The position numbers were made by a program, and so were the translations under genes. Positions 1 through 8,461 of a DNA stretch of 64,000 nucleotides are shown here, piece by piece. The notes beneath the pieces were generated by a model that saw only the letters and a list, made by a program, of their open reading frames with translations, had not been told where the DNA came from and did not search any database. Position 1 is the first letter of the stretch. Each line of letters begins with the position of its first letter. Source of the stretch: Elusimicrobiota bacterium (GTDB lineage Bacteria; Elusimicrobiota; Elusimicrobia; UBA1565; UBA9628); assembly GCA_030696455.1 (NCBI GenBank), contig JAUYSH010000023.1, forward strand, positions 3,492 through 67,491, read 5' to 3'.

Positions 1-1
1 C

Positions 2-32
2 GGGAAGGCTTCGGCCTTCCCGCCTTTTTTTT
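2..32 (+). terminator. Rho-independent terminator for a plus-strand gene ending upstream of the window
   Basis: Hairpin gggaaggc-ttcg-gccttccc followed by gcc and a T8 run at the window start. Confidence 0.55.
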
Positions 33-134
33 CGCCGCAGTGTTGCACTTACTTGTTGAATGTAGCTGAGATAAACGTGGCGCCGCCAACCGGGCGAGCC
101 GACTCGGTCCAGGACCGATTTGACTCGGACGCGG

Positions 135-842
135 CTATTCCAAGCCCCAGGACCGGCGGGTCTCGGCGGCCTCTTCCTCGGAGCGGACCTTCTTGAACTT
201 CGCGGGGCGGCCCTTCACGCGGGCCTCGCACTCCCCCCACGTGGCGTGCCGCTGGACTTCCCCGTGGAGCAGGCTTATGTAGGAAACGGGGCGAGTGTCG
301 GCGGCCTTGCGGTCCTTGGGACGGACGGGAAGCGCCTTGGCTTCGGACGGCAAGAGAGAACCGTACGGATAGTTCAGCAGAGGCCCTTCGTAGAGCTCGA
401 TCGGCTGGCGCTTGGCGAGCGCGACGGCGATCTCGTCGCAGCGCTCGTTGGCGTCGTGTCCGGAGTGGCCCTTGACCCAGCGCCACTGCACGCCGCCGCG
501 GCCGCGCTCGGACACGACCCGGTCGAGCGTCCGCCACAGATCCTCGTTCTTGACCCGGTCGCCGGCGGCGGTCGTCCAGCCGCGGCGCTTCCATCCCAGG
601 ATCCACTTGGTGATGCCCTCGATGACGTAGGTCGAGTCGCTGTGGACCAAAGCGACGCCCGGCATGCCGCGCACGGCGGCGAGGCTCGCGATGACGCCGC
701 CGAGCTCCATGCGGTTGTTCGTCGTGGGCTCCTCGCGGCCGCCCAGCTCGAGGACCTTTCCGTCGGGCAACGCGATGATGGCGCCCCAGCCTCCCGGACC
801 GGGATTGCCGGAGCACGCGCCGTCGGTGAAGATCGAGATCAT
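135..842 (-). CDS. rnhA: Ribonuclease HI with a C-terminal hybrid-binding (HBD/Cauli_VI-like) domain
   Basis: 235 aa. The N-terminal ~150 aa has RNase HI catalytic motifs (FTDGAC, NNRMEL, HSDS, GHSGHDANERCD). Residues ~186-232 (nt 147-287) read TWGECEARVKGRPAKFKKVRSEEEA, the W/FKK/EEA signature of the RNase H1 hybrid-binding domain. Confidence 0.9.
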   Translation of the reverse strand: MISIFTDGACSGNPGPGGWGAIIALPDGKVLELGGREEPTTNNRMELGGVIASLAAVRGMPGVALVHSDSTYVIEGITKWILGWKRRGWTTAAGDRVKNEDLWRTLDRVVSERGRGGVQWRWVKGHSGHDANERCDEIAVALAKRQPIELYEGPLLNYPYGSLLPSEAKALPVRPKDRKAADTRPVSYISLLHGEVQRHATWGECEARVKGRPAKFKKVRSEEEAAETRRSWGLE

Positions 843-952
843 GACGGTAATGGTAGAACTTCGCCCTCGCCCCGCGCAAAAAGGCCCACCCGGCCTAGGT
901 CGTAAGAGTTATCACTCCTAGGACCTTCGCCTCTCGGGCGCGCTCGCCTCGG

Positions 953-3900
953 TTGGTAGTATTCCCCACTATGACCAATGTCATAATCCCGCGCAAGGCC
1001 GTCGCCGTTCTCGTTTCCGCCGCTCTCGTCGTCTCCGCCCCGGGGCCCTTCGCGGCCTCCGCCTTGGCCCAGACAATCGGCCGCGCGGCGCCCGCCGCCG
1101 GCGTCGGGTCGGGCGTCATCGTTCCCCTGAGAGCGCCGAGCTTCGCGCCGCTCTCCGCGCCGAGCCTCGCCGCTCCCAGCCTTCTCGCTCCCGCGCTTCA
1201 AGCGCTCGCCGCCCCTGCGGCGCTTCGCCCCGTCGTCGCCGTCGCCGCCGCGCCCGCGGCCGCCAAGCCCGCGACCGTCATCGCCGCCGTCCGCGCGCTG
1301 CAGACCGACCTGAGCGCGACGAACCGCGCCGGCGCGGACTCCGCCCCTGCGCTCGAGCGCTTCTGGACGAACGGCTCCTTCGCGGCCGCTAAGGATGACA
1401 CCGCCGTCCCCGCGGGCGACGCCGCGAAGTCTCCGGCCCCGCGCCTGGACCCCTCCAAACCCGTCTCTCCCGAGACCGACCCCGAGCTGTTCGCGCCGCG
1501 CTCCTCGCGCGTCGGCATCAGCCCGGCGAAGTACGTCTACTGGAACGCGCTGTACAACGTCCTGCAGTGGGCGAACCTCAAGTTCTCGAAGGATCCGAAC
1601 CGCCGCGTGTCCTGGGACAAGTGGCCCACCAAGCTCGGCCTCCTCTACCTCATCGGCAAGATCCGCTTCCTGCGCTCGGGCACGATCACCGACCCCTACG
1701 ACTACGCCGCCAACGACCAGAAGCCCAAGGGCGCGGAGCCCGAGCAGGCCAAGCGCGGCTACACCGCCGACGGCTCGTGGGCCGTCGACAAGGACAACCC
1801 GCGCATGGGCGCGGAGAACACCCGCTTCGGCTCCAACATCCCGCCCAAGCTGGTCCGCCCCGACGTCGAGAACATGACTCCGTCGGCGCGCGAGGTCGGC
1901 AAGCTGCGCCACCGCGACCAGGATCCGAACACGGGCAAGGACATCGTCAAGCCCGCGGGCATCCTCAACGATCTCGCCGGCGGCTGGATCCAGTTCCAGT
2001 TCCACAACTTCGGCGGCAACACCAAGCGCGACCCGATCGGCCAGAACCCGCACGTGATGCCCCGAAACGCGAGCGACAAGTGGCCGGAGAAGGAAGCGCT
2101 GCTCGACCGCACTTCTAAAGACCCGACTCGAGTCACTGATAACGGCCGGCCGACGCCGATGAACGAGCGCACCCAGGCCTGGATCCAGGCGCAGATCTAC
2201 GGCACGAACGACGAGGAGCAGAAGCCGCTGCGCACGTGGACCGACGGCAAGTTCCGCCTCGACGAGAACGGGAATCTCCCGCCGCACCCCACCAAGCCCG
2301 GCATCGATCACTCCGGCTTCATCAACAACTACAACCCCCTGCTCTCCTTCCTGCATTGGGCGTTCGTGGTCAACCACAACAACATCGTCGACCACCTGAA
2401 GAAGTTCAACCCCGGCTGGGACGACGCGAAGCTCTGGGACCATGCCCGCAAGATCAACGTCGCCTCCACCGCGCAGATCCACACGACCGAGTGGACCGAG
2501 GATCTCCTTCAGCACCCGACCCTTCAGGAAGGCATGCACGCCGAGTACTACGGCCTCCTCGGCCCCAAGTTCAAGGCGTGGGTGATGCGCGCGTCGTACC
2601 GCCACCCGTGGTTCGGCAAGCTGATGAAGCCGCTGACCGACAACGACGTGTTCTGGGGCATGCCCGGCTCGAAGTGGGAGCACCACGACGGCCCGTTCCA
2701 GGTGCCCAAGCACTTCCGCTTCGTCTATCGCCTGCACGAGATGATCTTGAGCGACCACGAGTTCGTCGCACCCCCCACGGCGACCTCCGGCGAGCGCCTG
2801 CTCGGCCGCCGCGAGCTCATCGACTTCATCCACTCGAACACGCGCCCGATCGTCGAGCAGTACGGCTACGACGTCCTCGCCTGGTCCTTCGTCCGCAAGT
2901 CCGCCGGCGCGCTCACGCTCAAGAACTTCCCGAAGGCGCTCACCCAGTTCAAGGACCAGCAGCACGACAAGCTGATGGACCTGGCCGAGGCCGACACCTT
3001 CCGCGAGCGCACCGACGGGACCGGCAGCTACAACGAGTTCCGCCGCTCCGTCGGCGAGCCGCCCGTGACGAGCTTCCTGGAGCTGACCGGCGGCGACGCC
3101 GAGATGGCCAAGGCGCTCGAGGTCAAGTTCGAGGGCGACATCGACAAGGTGGACGCCGGCATCGGCATCCTCGCCGAGCCCAAGCCCGCGGGCTTCGCGC
3201 TCGGCTTCACGCAGTTCTACCAGTTCGTCCTCAACGCCCCGCGCCGCGTGAAGTCGAACCGCCACCTCACCGAGCTCTATTCCCACAAGGACTACACGTT
3301 CGAGGGCATGGAGTGGCATTGGCACGCCGGCGGCATGGGCGGCGTCCTCGCCCGCGCGATGAAGGGCCTGCCCCGCGGCCAGGACGTCATCCGGGCCATG
3401 GAGGGCGTGACGCGCTGGTTCGCCCCGTGGCAGGACACGGAGACCTTCCCCGTCCGGCTGCTCGACGCGGCTAACGCGAATTCGAGCGACATCTTGAAGA
3501 AGACGTTCAAGCTCGCGCTCTGGGGCTCGTTCACGGCCTTCTCGGCTTGGATGGGTGTGGCGGTGTCGGCTTTCACGATCGTACCGGTCGCGGCGGCCGC
3601 ACTCGGCCTGCCGGTCCTCCTCTACTACAAGCGGATGCTGGCGTACCGCTACATGCAGAAGGCGTGGCAGTCCGCGTACACGGACCGCCGCCGCTCGATG
3701 TTCCCGACCTTGTTCCTCGGCGAGAAGGTCTCGCGCTGGGCGGCCGGCGCGGGCAAGCTCGCCGCGACCGCGGCGATGCTCGGCGCGGGCTTCGCGGCCT
3801 TCACCTTGTTCGCCACGAACCCGGTCGTCGCGATCTTCGCCGTCATCACGGCCCTCAAGGCCCGCGCGGTGATCGGCGCGACGAAGCGGTACGAGAACGA

Positions 3901-4909
3901 CATGGCGATCCTCAAGATCGCCCTGCAGAACCGCCTGCGCGAGGGCTATCCCGTCGCCACGGCGCGGGACGCCGCCCCCGAGGCGAAGTCCGATCTCGAG
4001 CGCCGCTATTGGATGATGGTCCCCGCGGGGGCCAAGCAGCCGGTGGCGACGGTTTGGCACAGCTACCGCGTGCTCCATGAGCACGGCCTCGGCCGCCTCA
4101 TGGCGTTCAAGACCGCGCTCATGTCGCACCTGATCTTCGGCCACCGCACGCGGCGCGGCATGGGGCTCAGGGCTCGATGGGATGCGGGGATCCTTTTCTC
4201 GCCCTTCGCCATCTATATTCCGAACATGGTCCAGGCGCAGGGCCCGTCGTCCACGGGCATCTACGCGCACGCGGGCAACGACAAGGGCCTGACGCCCGGC
4301 GACGTGGACCTGGCGATGTTCGACGAGATGTTCTCCCGCTACGCCCCGGGCCGCGACCACATGACGGCGTACGATTTCGCGCGCATGCGCGAGGACAAGC
4401 GCTGGCGCGATGGGCAGGCGGGGATCGGCGGGCCGGTCTCGCGCTGGCTCGGCGAGATCGCGGTGAAGAAGCGCACCAGCCAGCTCCTGCAGCTGTACGC
4501 GGACACGGTCGCCAACGAGGACAAGCATCTCGTCCCCGCCATCAGCCGCGGCATGATGCTGCGCGTCTACAAGGGAACGGCCCAGGCCGACATCGCCGCC
4601 GAGCGCGCGCTCGACGGCGTCCACCCGGACCTGCGCGCCGCGAACCCCGAGGGCAAGCCGACGCTCAAGGAGAAGGCGAAGGCCGACCTCCGCAAGCTCG
4701 GCGGCGCGATCCGCACGCTCTTGTCCGCGCTCGTGCTGCCGTACACCGGCGCGCGGTTCGCGGCGAACGCCCGCGCGTTCGGGACCTTCTTCAAGACGGT
4801 GTGGCAGACGGGCTGGATCGCGATCGCCGCGGTGGTCGCGTATTACGCCGTCCGCGACTCCATCCTCTACATCCTCATCCCCTACCTCGTCTTCAAGGGG
4901 TTCTTCTAG
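953..4909 (+). CDS. Secreted/membrane heme dioxygenase-peroxidase (alpha-dioxygenase/cyclooxygenase-like) fused to a caleosin-like domain
   Basis: 1318 aa with a signal peptide and an Ala/Pro-rich linker. Motifs: WIQFQFHNF (1985-2011), AEYYGLLGPKFK (2540-2575), HTTEWTEDLL, and VYRLH (2723-2737, catalytic Tyr plus proximal His as in plant alpha-DOX). Hydrophobic segments lie at ~3500-3870. A C-terminal region contains SPFAIYIPN (4199-4225) and MFSRYAPGRDHMTAYDFARMRE, resembling caleosin. A final TM helix follows. Confidence 0.8.
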   Translation: MVVFPTMTNVIIPRKAVAVLVSAALVVSAPGPFAASALAQTIGRAAPAAGVGSGVIVPLRAPSFAPLSAPSLAAPSLLAPALQALAAPAALRPVVAVAAAPAAAKPATVIAAVRALQTDLSATNRAGADSAPALERFWTNGSFAAAKDDTAVPAGDAAKSPAPRLDPSKPVSPETDPELFAPRSSRVGISPAKYVYWNALYNVLQWANLKFSKDPNRRVSWDKWPTKLGLLYLIGKIRFLRSGTITDPYDYAANDQKPKGAEPEQAKRGYTADGSWAVDKDNPRMGAENTRFGSNIPPKLVRPDVENMTPSAREVGKLRHRDQDPNTGKDIVKPAGILNDLAGGWIQFQFHNFGGNTKRDPIGQNPHVMPRNASDKWPEKEALLDRTSKDPTRVTDNGRPTPMNERTQAWIQAQIYGTNDEEQKPLRTWTDGKFRLDENGNLPPHPTKPGIDHSGFINNYNPLLSFLHWAFVVNHNNIVDHLKKFNPGWDDAKLWDHARKINVASTAQIHTTEWTEDLLQHPTLQEGMHAEYYGLLGPKFKAWVMRASYRHPWFGKLMKPLTDNDVFWGMPGSKWEHHDGPFQVPKHFRFVYRLHEMILSDHEFVAPPTATSGERLLGRRELIDFIHSNTRPIVEQYGYDVLAWSFVRKSAGALTLKNFPKALTQFKDQQHDKLMDLAEADTFRERTDGTGSYNEFRRSVGEPPVTSFLELTGGDAEMAKALEVKFEGDIDKVDAGIGILAEPKPAGFALGFTQFYQFVLNAPRRVKSNRHLTELYSHKDYTFEGMEWHWHAGGMGGVLARAMKGLPRGQDVIRAMEGVTRWFAPWQDTETFPVRLLDAANANSSDILKKTFKLALWGSFTAFSAWMGVAVSAFTIVPVAAAALGLPVLLYYKRMLAYRYMQKAWQSAYTDRRRSMFPTLFLGEKVSRWAAGAGKLAATAAMLGAGFAAFTLFATNPVVAIFAVITALKARAVIGATKRYENDMAILKIALQNRLREGYPVATARDAAPEAKSDLERRYWMMVPAGAKQPVATVWHSYRVLHEHGLGRLMAFKTALMSHLIFGHRTRRGMGLRARWDAGILFSPFAIYIPNMVQAQGPSSTGIYAHAGNDKGLTPGDVDLAMFDEMFSRYAPGRDHMTAYDFARMREDKRWRDGQAGIGGPVSRWLGEIAVKKRTSQLLQLYADTVANEDKHLVPAISRGMMLRVYKGTAQADIAAERALDGVHPDLRAANPEGKPTLKEKAKADLRKLGGAIRTLLSALVLPYTGARFAANARAFGTFFKTVWQTGWIAIAAVVAYYAVRDSILYILIPYLVFKGFF

Positions 4910-4916
4910 GAGCCCC

Positions 4917-5723
4917 ATGAAAAACCTTCTCCGCTCTCTCGTCGCCTCCGCCCTCCTCGCCTCGGCCGCGCACGCCGGCCCGATCCCCGAAGGCTCGTGG
5001 GGCGGCCTGTCGGCCCTGCTCAAGGGTCCCGACGTGATGGCCTTCCTCCTCAAGGCCGACAAGACGAACCCGACCGCGGGCTACGCGATCCTGGCGGAGT
5101 ACACCCGCCTTCCCTTCATCCCGGGGCCCGAGCGCCTGGAGATCGCGCGGTGGGTTCCCCGCCTCTACATCTACCGCGTGGAGCAGCTCGACAAGCTCCG
5201 CTTCGCGGTCAAGCCGCTGAAGGTCTCCGCGACGGGCGGCCTCGAGCTCGACGGCGGCTACGCCGCGGCGGGCGAGCTCACGCTCGCCAAGAAGGGGACC
5301 CTCGTCGGCGCCACCCTCACGCGCTACGAGAAGGGCGATCCCGCGGTCGCGGAGGTCGTGACCTTCGACGGAAAGGTGTCCTCGACCTGGGAAGGCTACG
5401 TGCCGGGCGCCTATTTCGGCTCCAAAGACTCGACCGGCGGCGACTACACGCACAAGAACATCAACACGCGCCTGGGCGACGATAAGGTCGCCGAATTCTT
5501 TCAGAGTGAGGTCAAAGGGAAGTTCGACATGACCGAGGCCGCGCCGGGGATCTTCACCTTCAAGGCCAAGGGCGCGATCGCCAAGGGCGCGGACAAGGTT
5601 CTCTCGCGCATCGCCGTGTTCGTCGACATCGTCAACTGGAAGCCCATCATGACGACCGACGAGCTCCTGCTGATCAACCCCGACGACGCTAAGGACGTCG
5701 GGTTCTACTACGAGCGTCATTAG
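4917..5723 (+). CDS. Secreted hypothetical protein, likely co-transcribed with the dioxygenase fusion
   Basis: 268 aa with signal peptide MKNLLRSLVASALLASAAHA. It starts 7 nt after the stop of the upstream gene. I recognise no family motif. Confidence 0.6.
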   Translation: MKNLLRSLVASALLASAAHAGPIPEGSWGGLSALLKGPDVMAFLLKADKTNPTAGYAILAEYTRLPFIPGPERLEIARWVPRLYIYRVEQLDKLRFAVKPLKVSATGGLELDGGYAAAGELTLAKKGTLVGATLTRYEKGDPAVAEVVTFDGKVSSTWEGYVPGAYFGSKDSTGGDYTHKNINTRLGDDKVAEFFQSEVKGKFDMTEAAPGIFTFKAKGAIAKGADKVLSRIAVFVDIVNWKPIMTTDELLLINPDDAKDVGFYYERH

Positions 5724-6708
5724 CCCGGCGCCAGACTCCCACGAACGCCTCAGCGCCGGCCGTCGCGGGAATGCCCGCGGCGGCCAGCTCTTTTAAGACC
5801 GAGGCGTAGCCGCTCGGGTCCGGGACGCCCTCGATGCGTCCGATCAGGCCGTTGAAATCCGAGCCGAGGACCACCGACTCGGGCCCCGCCTCGCGCGCCA
5901 TGATCGCCGCGTGCTTCATCAGGGAGCCCATGTCCGCCCCCGCGTAGTTCGCGGCGAGCGCCAGACCGACCAACCCGCCGCTGCGCTTCACTTCCCGCAG
6001 GAGCTCGTTCGAGATCGTCCGCTCGCACGGCGTCAGCGCGCGGGCGGCCTGATGCGTGAACAGCAAGGGCTGAGCCGGATGGCGGGCCGCCAGGTCGAAC
6101 GCTGTCTTGTCGCTCGCGTGGGTGAGGTCGAGCATGAGGCCTTTGGCCACGGCGTAGTCCGCGAGCGCCTCGCCCCGCTTCGACAGGCCCTTCGGGTTGA
6201 GGCGCACCGCGGCCTTGCCGCCCGGGATGCAGGTCGGCATCGGCCAGTATCGTCCCGCCGCCGCCCCGCCCCATCGCGTGTCCGTGAAGTGGGCGATGGT
6301 GAGCATACGCACGCCCCGGTCCCACAGCCGGTCGAGGCGCTCGGGCGTGTCGGCGCCGCCGGCCCCTTCCACGGCGAGGATCACTCCGAGGCGCCACTCC
6401 TTGGACTTGAGCACGGCCTCGGCCTCGTCGGGCGTGCGCACGATGCTCACGCGCGGGTCGCGGGCGGCCCAGCGCTCGACCTGATTGATCTGCCTCAGCA
6501 AAGCCCGGGCGTAGCCGCCCGTCAACTGGGAGAGGACGGGCGTCGCGTAAAGCGGGACGGCCACGAGCCGCATGTCCGCGGCCTCCAGGTCCTTGAGCTT
6601 AACCTGCGCCTCGATCATCGGAATGTGGAGGTGGAGGTCGATCGCCGAGGCGCCGGCGAACGAAGGGGCGAGCAGGAACGTCGCCGCGAGCCGCCGCCAG
6701 ATGGTCAT
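5689..6708 (-). CDS. Membrane dipeptidase, peptidase M19 family
   Basis: 339 aa with a signal peptide. Motifs IDLHLH, LTIAHFTDTRWGG, DLTHASDKT, FTHQAARAL and GSDFNG parallel the renal-dipeptidase family blocks. Confidence 0.75.
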   Translation of the reverse strand: MTIWRRLAATFLLAPSFAGASAIDLHLHIPMIEAQVKLKDLEAADMRLVAVPLYATPVLSQLTGGYARALLRQINQVERWAARDPRVSIVRTPDEAEAVLKSKEWRLGVILAVEGAGGADTPERLDRLWDRGVRMLTIAHFTDTRWGGAAAGRYWPMPTCIPGGKAAVRLNPKGLSKRGEALADYAVAKGLMLDLTHASDKTAFDLAARHPAQPLLFTHQAARALTPCERTISNELLREVKRSGGLVGLALAANYAGADMGSLMKHAAIMAREAGPESVVLGSDFNGLIGRIEGVPDPSGYASVLKELAAAGIPATAGAEAFVGVWRRANDARSRTRRP

Positions 6709-6749
6709 GGCGCTATCGTATAACTATCCTCAAGGATAGCGACAGCGCG

Positions 6750-7229
6750 TTACGGCGCGCGGATCGCGACGACCTTGATCTTGTAGCGCAGAGGCTTGCC
6801 CGCGAGGGGATGGTTGAAGTCGAGGGCGGCCGAGCCGTTCTCGACCTTCAGGACGCGGCCTTGGGCCGACTTCCCCCCTTGGGCGCCGCCGACGAGGGCG
6901 CCGGGCGCGAGGTCCTTGGCCATGGCGCCGAACTTCTCGAGCGGGATCGCCTTGATCTTGTCCGGGTCGGACGGGCCGAAGCCCTGCATGGGAGTCAGCT
7001 CGACGACCTTTTCCTCGCCTTTCTTCATGCCGACGAGGGCCTCGTCGACCGGGCCGGGAAGGGCGCCCTCGCCCTGGATCACGATGAGCGGCTCGCGTCC
7101 GGCGTTGGACTCGATCAAGGCCCCGCCGGAGCTCAGCTCGTAATCGAGCTCGACCGTGGCACCCGGCGGCACGCGCGCCTCGCGCGAGCAGGCGGCCAGG
7201 AGCAGGACGGCCGCCAGGCCCCGCCTCAC
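6750..7229 (-). CDS. FKBP-type peptidyl-prolyl cis-trans isomerase (lipoprotein)
   Basis: 159 aa. Lipobox LLLAAC; FKBP/SlyD-like blocks VELDYEL, ALVGMKKGEEK and DFNHPLAGKPLRYKIKVV. GTG start overlaps the upstream stop (GTGA). Confidence 0.8.
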   Translation of the reverse strand: MRRGLAAVLLLAACSREARVPPGATVELDYELSSGGALIESNAGREPLIVIQGEGALPGPVDEALVGMKKGEEKVVELTPMQGFGPSDPDKIKAIPLEKFGAMAKDLAPGALVGGAQGGKSAQGRVLKVENGSAALDFNHPLAGKPLRYKIKVVAIRAP

Positions 7230-8299
7230 GCCTTGATGACGGCCAGGGGCGTGAAATCGCCGATGCTGCCGCCGCCCACGATGATCTCGTTCTCCTGGTC
7301 GATGACGCGGCGCAGGGCCTCGAGCCGGGACATCAGGTGGCGTCCGGGGCAGTCGGTGTTGTTGTAATGATTATGGGCTTCCAGGAAGCCCTTCTGGCCC
7401 GGATCCTTCTTGTACTTGATCGACAGGTAGGTCACGAGGCGGGTGAGGCTCTCGAGCTGCGCGGCGGTGGGCTGGACCTTATTGAAGTCGCCCATCATCG
7501 CCGCGCCGATGTTGCCCTCGTTGGAACTGCCCGCGTGCGCGCCGATGTACTCCGCGCGCCGTCCCTCGACCACGCGTCCGTCGCCGGCGATCAGGAAATG
7601 GTAGCCGATGTCGTCGAAGGCTTCCTTCCCCTCGCGGGCCCGGCCGACCATGTGATAATGCTGGATGTTCTTGACGGCCGAGGCGGTCTCCGCCTCGTTC
7701 ATCGGCTGCCTGCCCTGGGTGTGATGGACCGTCACGCGGTAGAGGCTATGGGAGGAGTTCGAGCCCCGGCGCGGCGCGGCGCGCCAGCCCATGCGGCTCA
7801 TGATCGGGGCCACGGTCGGGAACTTCTGCGCGATCTGGAACGAGGCGAAGCCGAGCAAGGTTTGGCCCGCGTCCTTGGCCGAGCCCGGGGTGGCCCCGCC
7901 GCGGGAATAATCGTAGTCGTCGGGCAGGGGCGGCACGACGCCGCCGAGGTCGGTGACGCGACGGCTCGCGTCGGCCGTATAAGGCAGGCGCTTGCCGCGC
8001 CCGCTCGGGGCGCTCGCGGGCGTATAGCCGACCAGGGTGACGCCGCCGCGAGTCCGGGCGCCGTCGAACATGGCGCTGGCGCCGTGGGCGGCGTCCTCCG
8101 GGGCGGCTGCGACGAAATCCGTGGCGGGCGCGTAGGCCATCAGGTTCTTGCCGGAGAGGCGACGGACCGGCGCGCCGTCCGCGGGCGGGGCGGACGGCCG
8201 ATAGGAACCGGTGGAAACGGCCGGGCTATTCTTCTCCTCGCAGCCGGTCAAGGCGCCGGCGGCGAGGACGAGGGCGACGAGAGGGAATAGGCGTCTCAT
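7226..8299 (-). CDS. N-acetylmuramoyl-L-alanine amidase (Amidase_2/PGRP domain) lipoprotein
   Basis: 357 aa. Lipobox ALTGC. The C-terminal domain has VTVHHTQG, GYHFLIAGDGRVVEGR, GAHAGSSNEGNIG and NNTDCPG. Confidence 0.8.
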   Translation of the reverse strand: MRRLFPLVALVLAAGALTGCEEKNSPAVSTGSYRPSAPPADGAPVRRLSGKNLMAYAPATDFVAAAPEDAAHGASAMFDGARTRGGVTLVGYTPASAPSGRGKRLPYTADASRRVTDLGGVVPPLPDDYDYSRGGATPGSAKDAGQTLLGFASFQIAQKFPTVAPIMSRMGWRAAPRRGSNSSHSLYRVTVHHTQGRQPMNEAETASAVKNIQHYHMVGRAREGKEAFDDIGYHFLIAGDGRVVEGRRAEYIGAHAGSSNEGNIGAAMMGDFNKVQPTAAQLESLTRLVTYLSIKYKKDPGQKGFLEAHNHYNNTDCPGRHLMSRLEALRRVIDQENEIIVGGGSIGDFTPLAVIKA

Positions 8300-8461
8300 G
8301 CCCGCAGTTTAACGGAAATTTCGGCGCCGCCCATAGGCCTTTGGGCCCAGGGGACCCGGGCCTAATCAGCCTAGATGGTGTCAGGCTTAAATGATTCGGG
8401 AACGCGCTTTTTTAAGGCTTATTCCCCGAGAGAGAGCCGGTCGGTGCCAGGCTTTAAGCTG

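Noticed and set aside
839-5062. 1407-aa minus-strand ORF covering the whole dioxygenase locus
   Set aside because: It is an antisense shadow ORF typical of high-GC DNA. The translation is Arg/Gly/Asp/Ala low-complexity with no motifs, whereas the plus-strand frame has clear heme-dioxygenase motifs.
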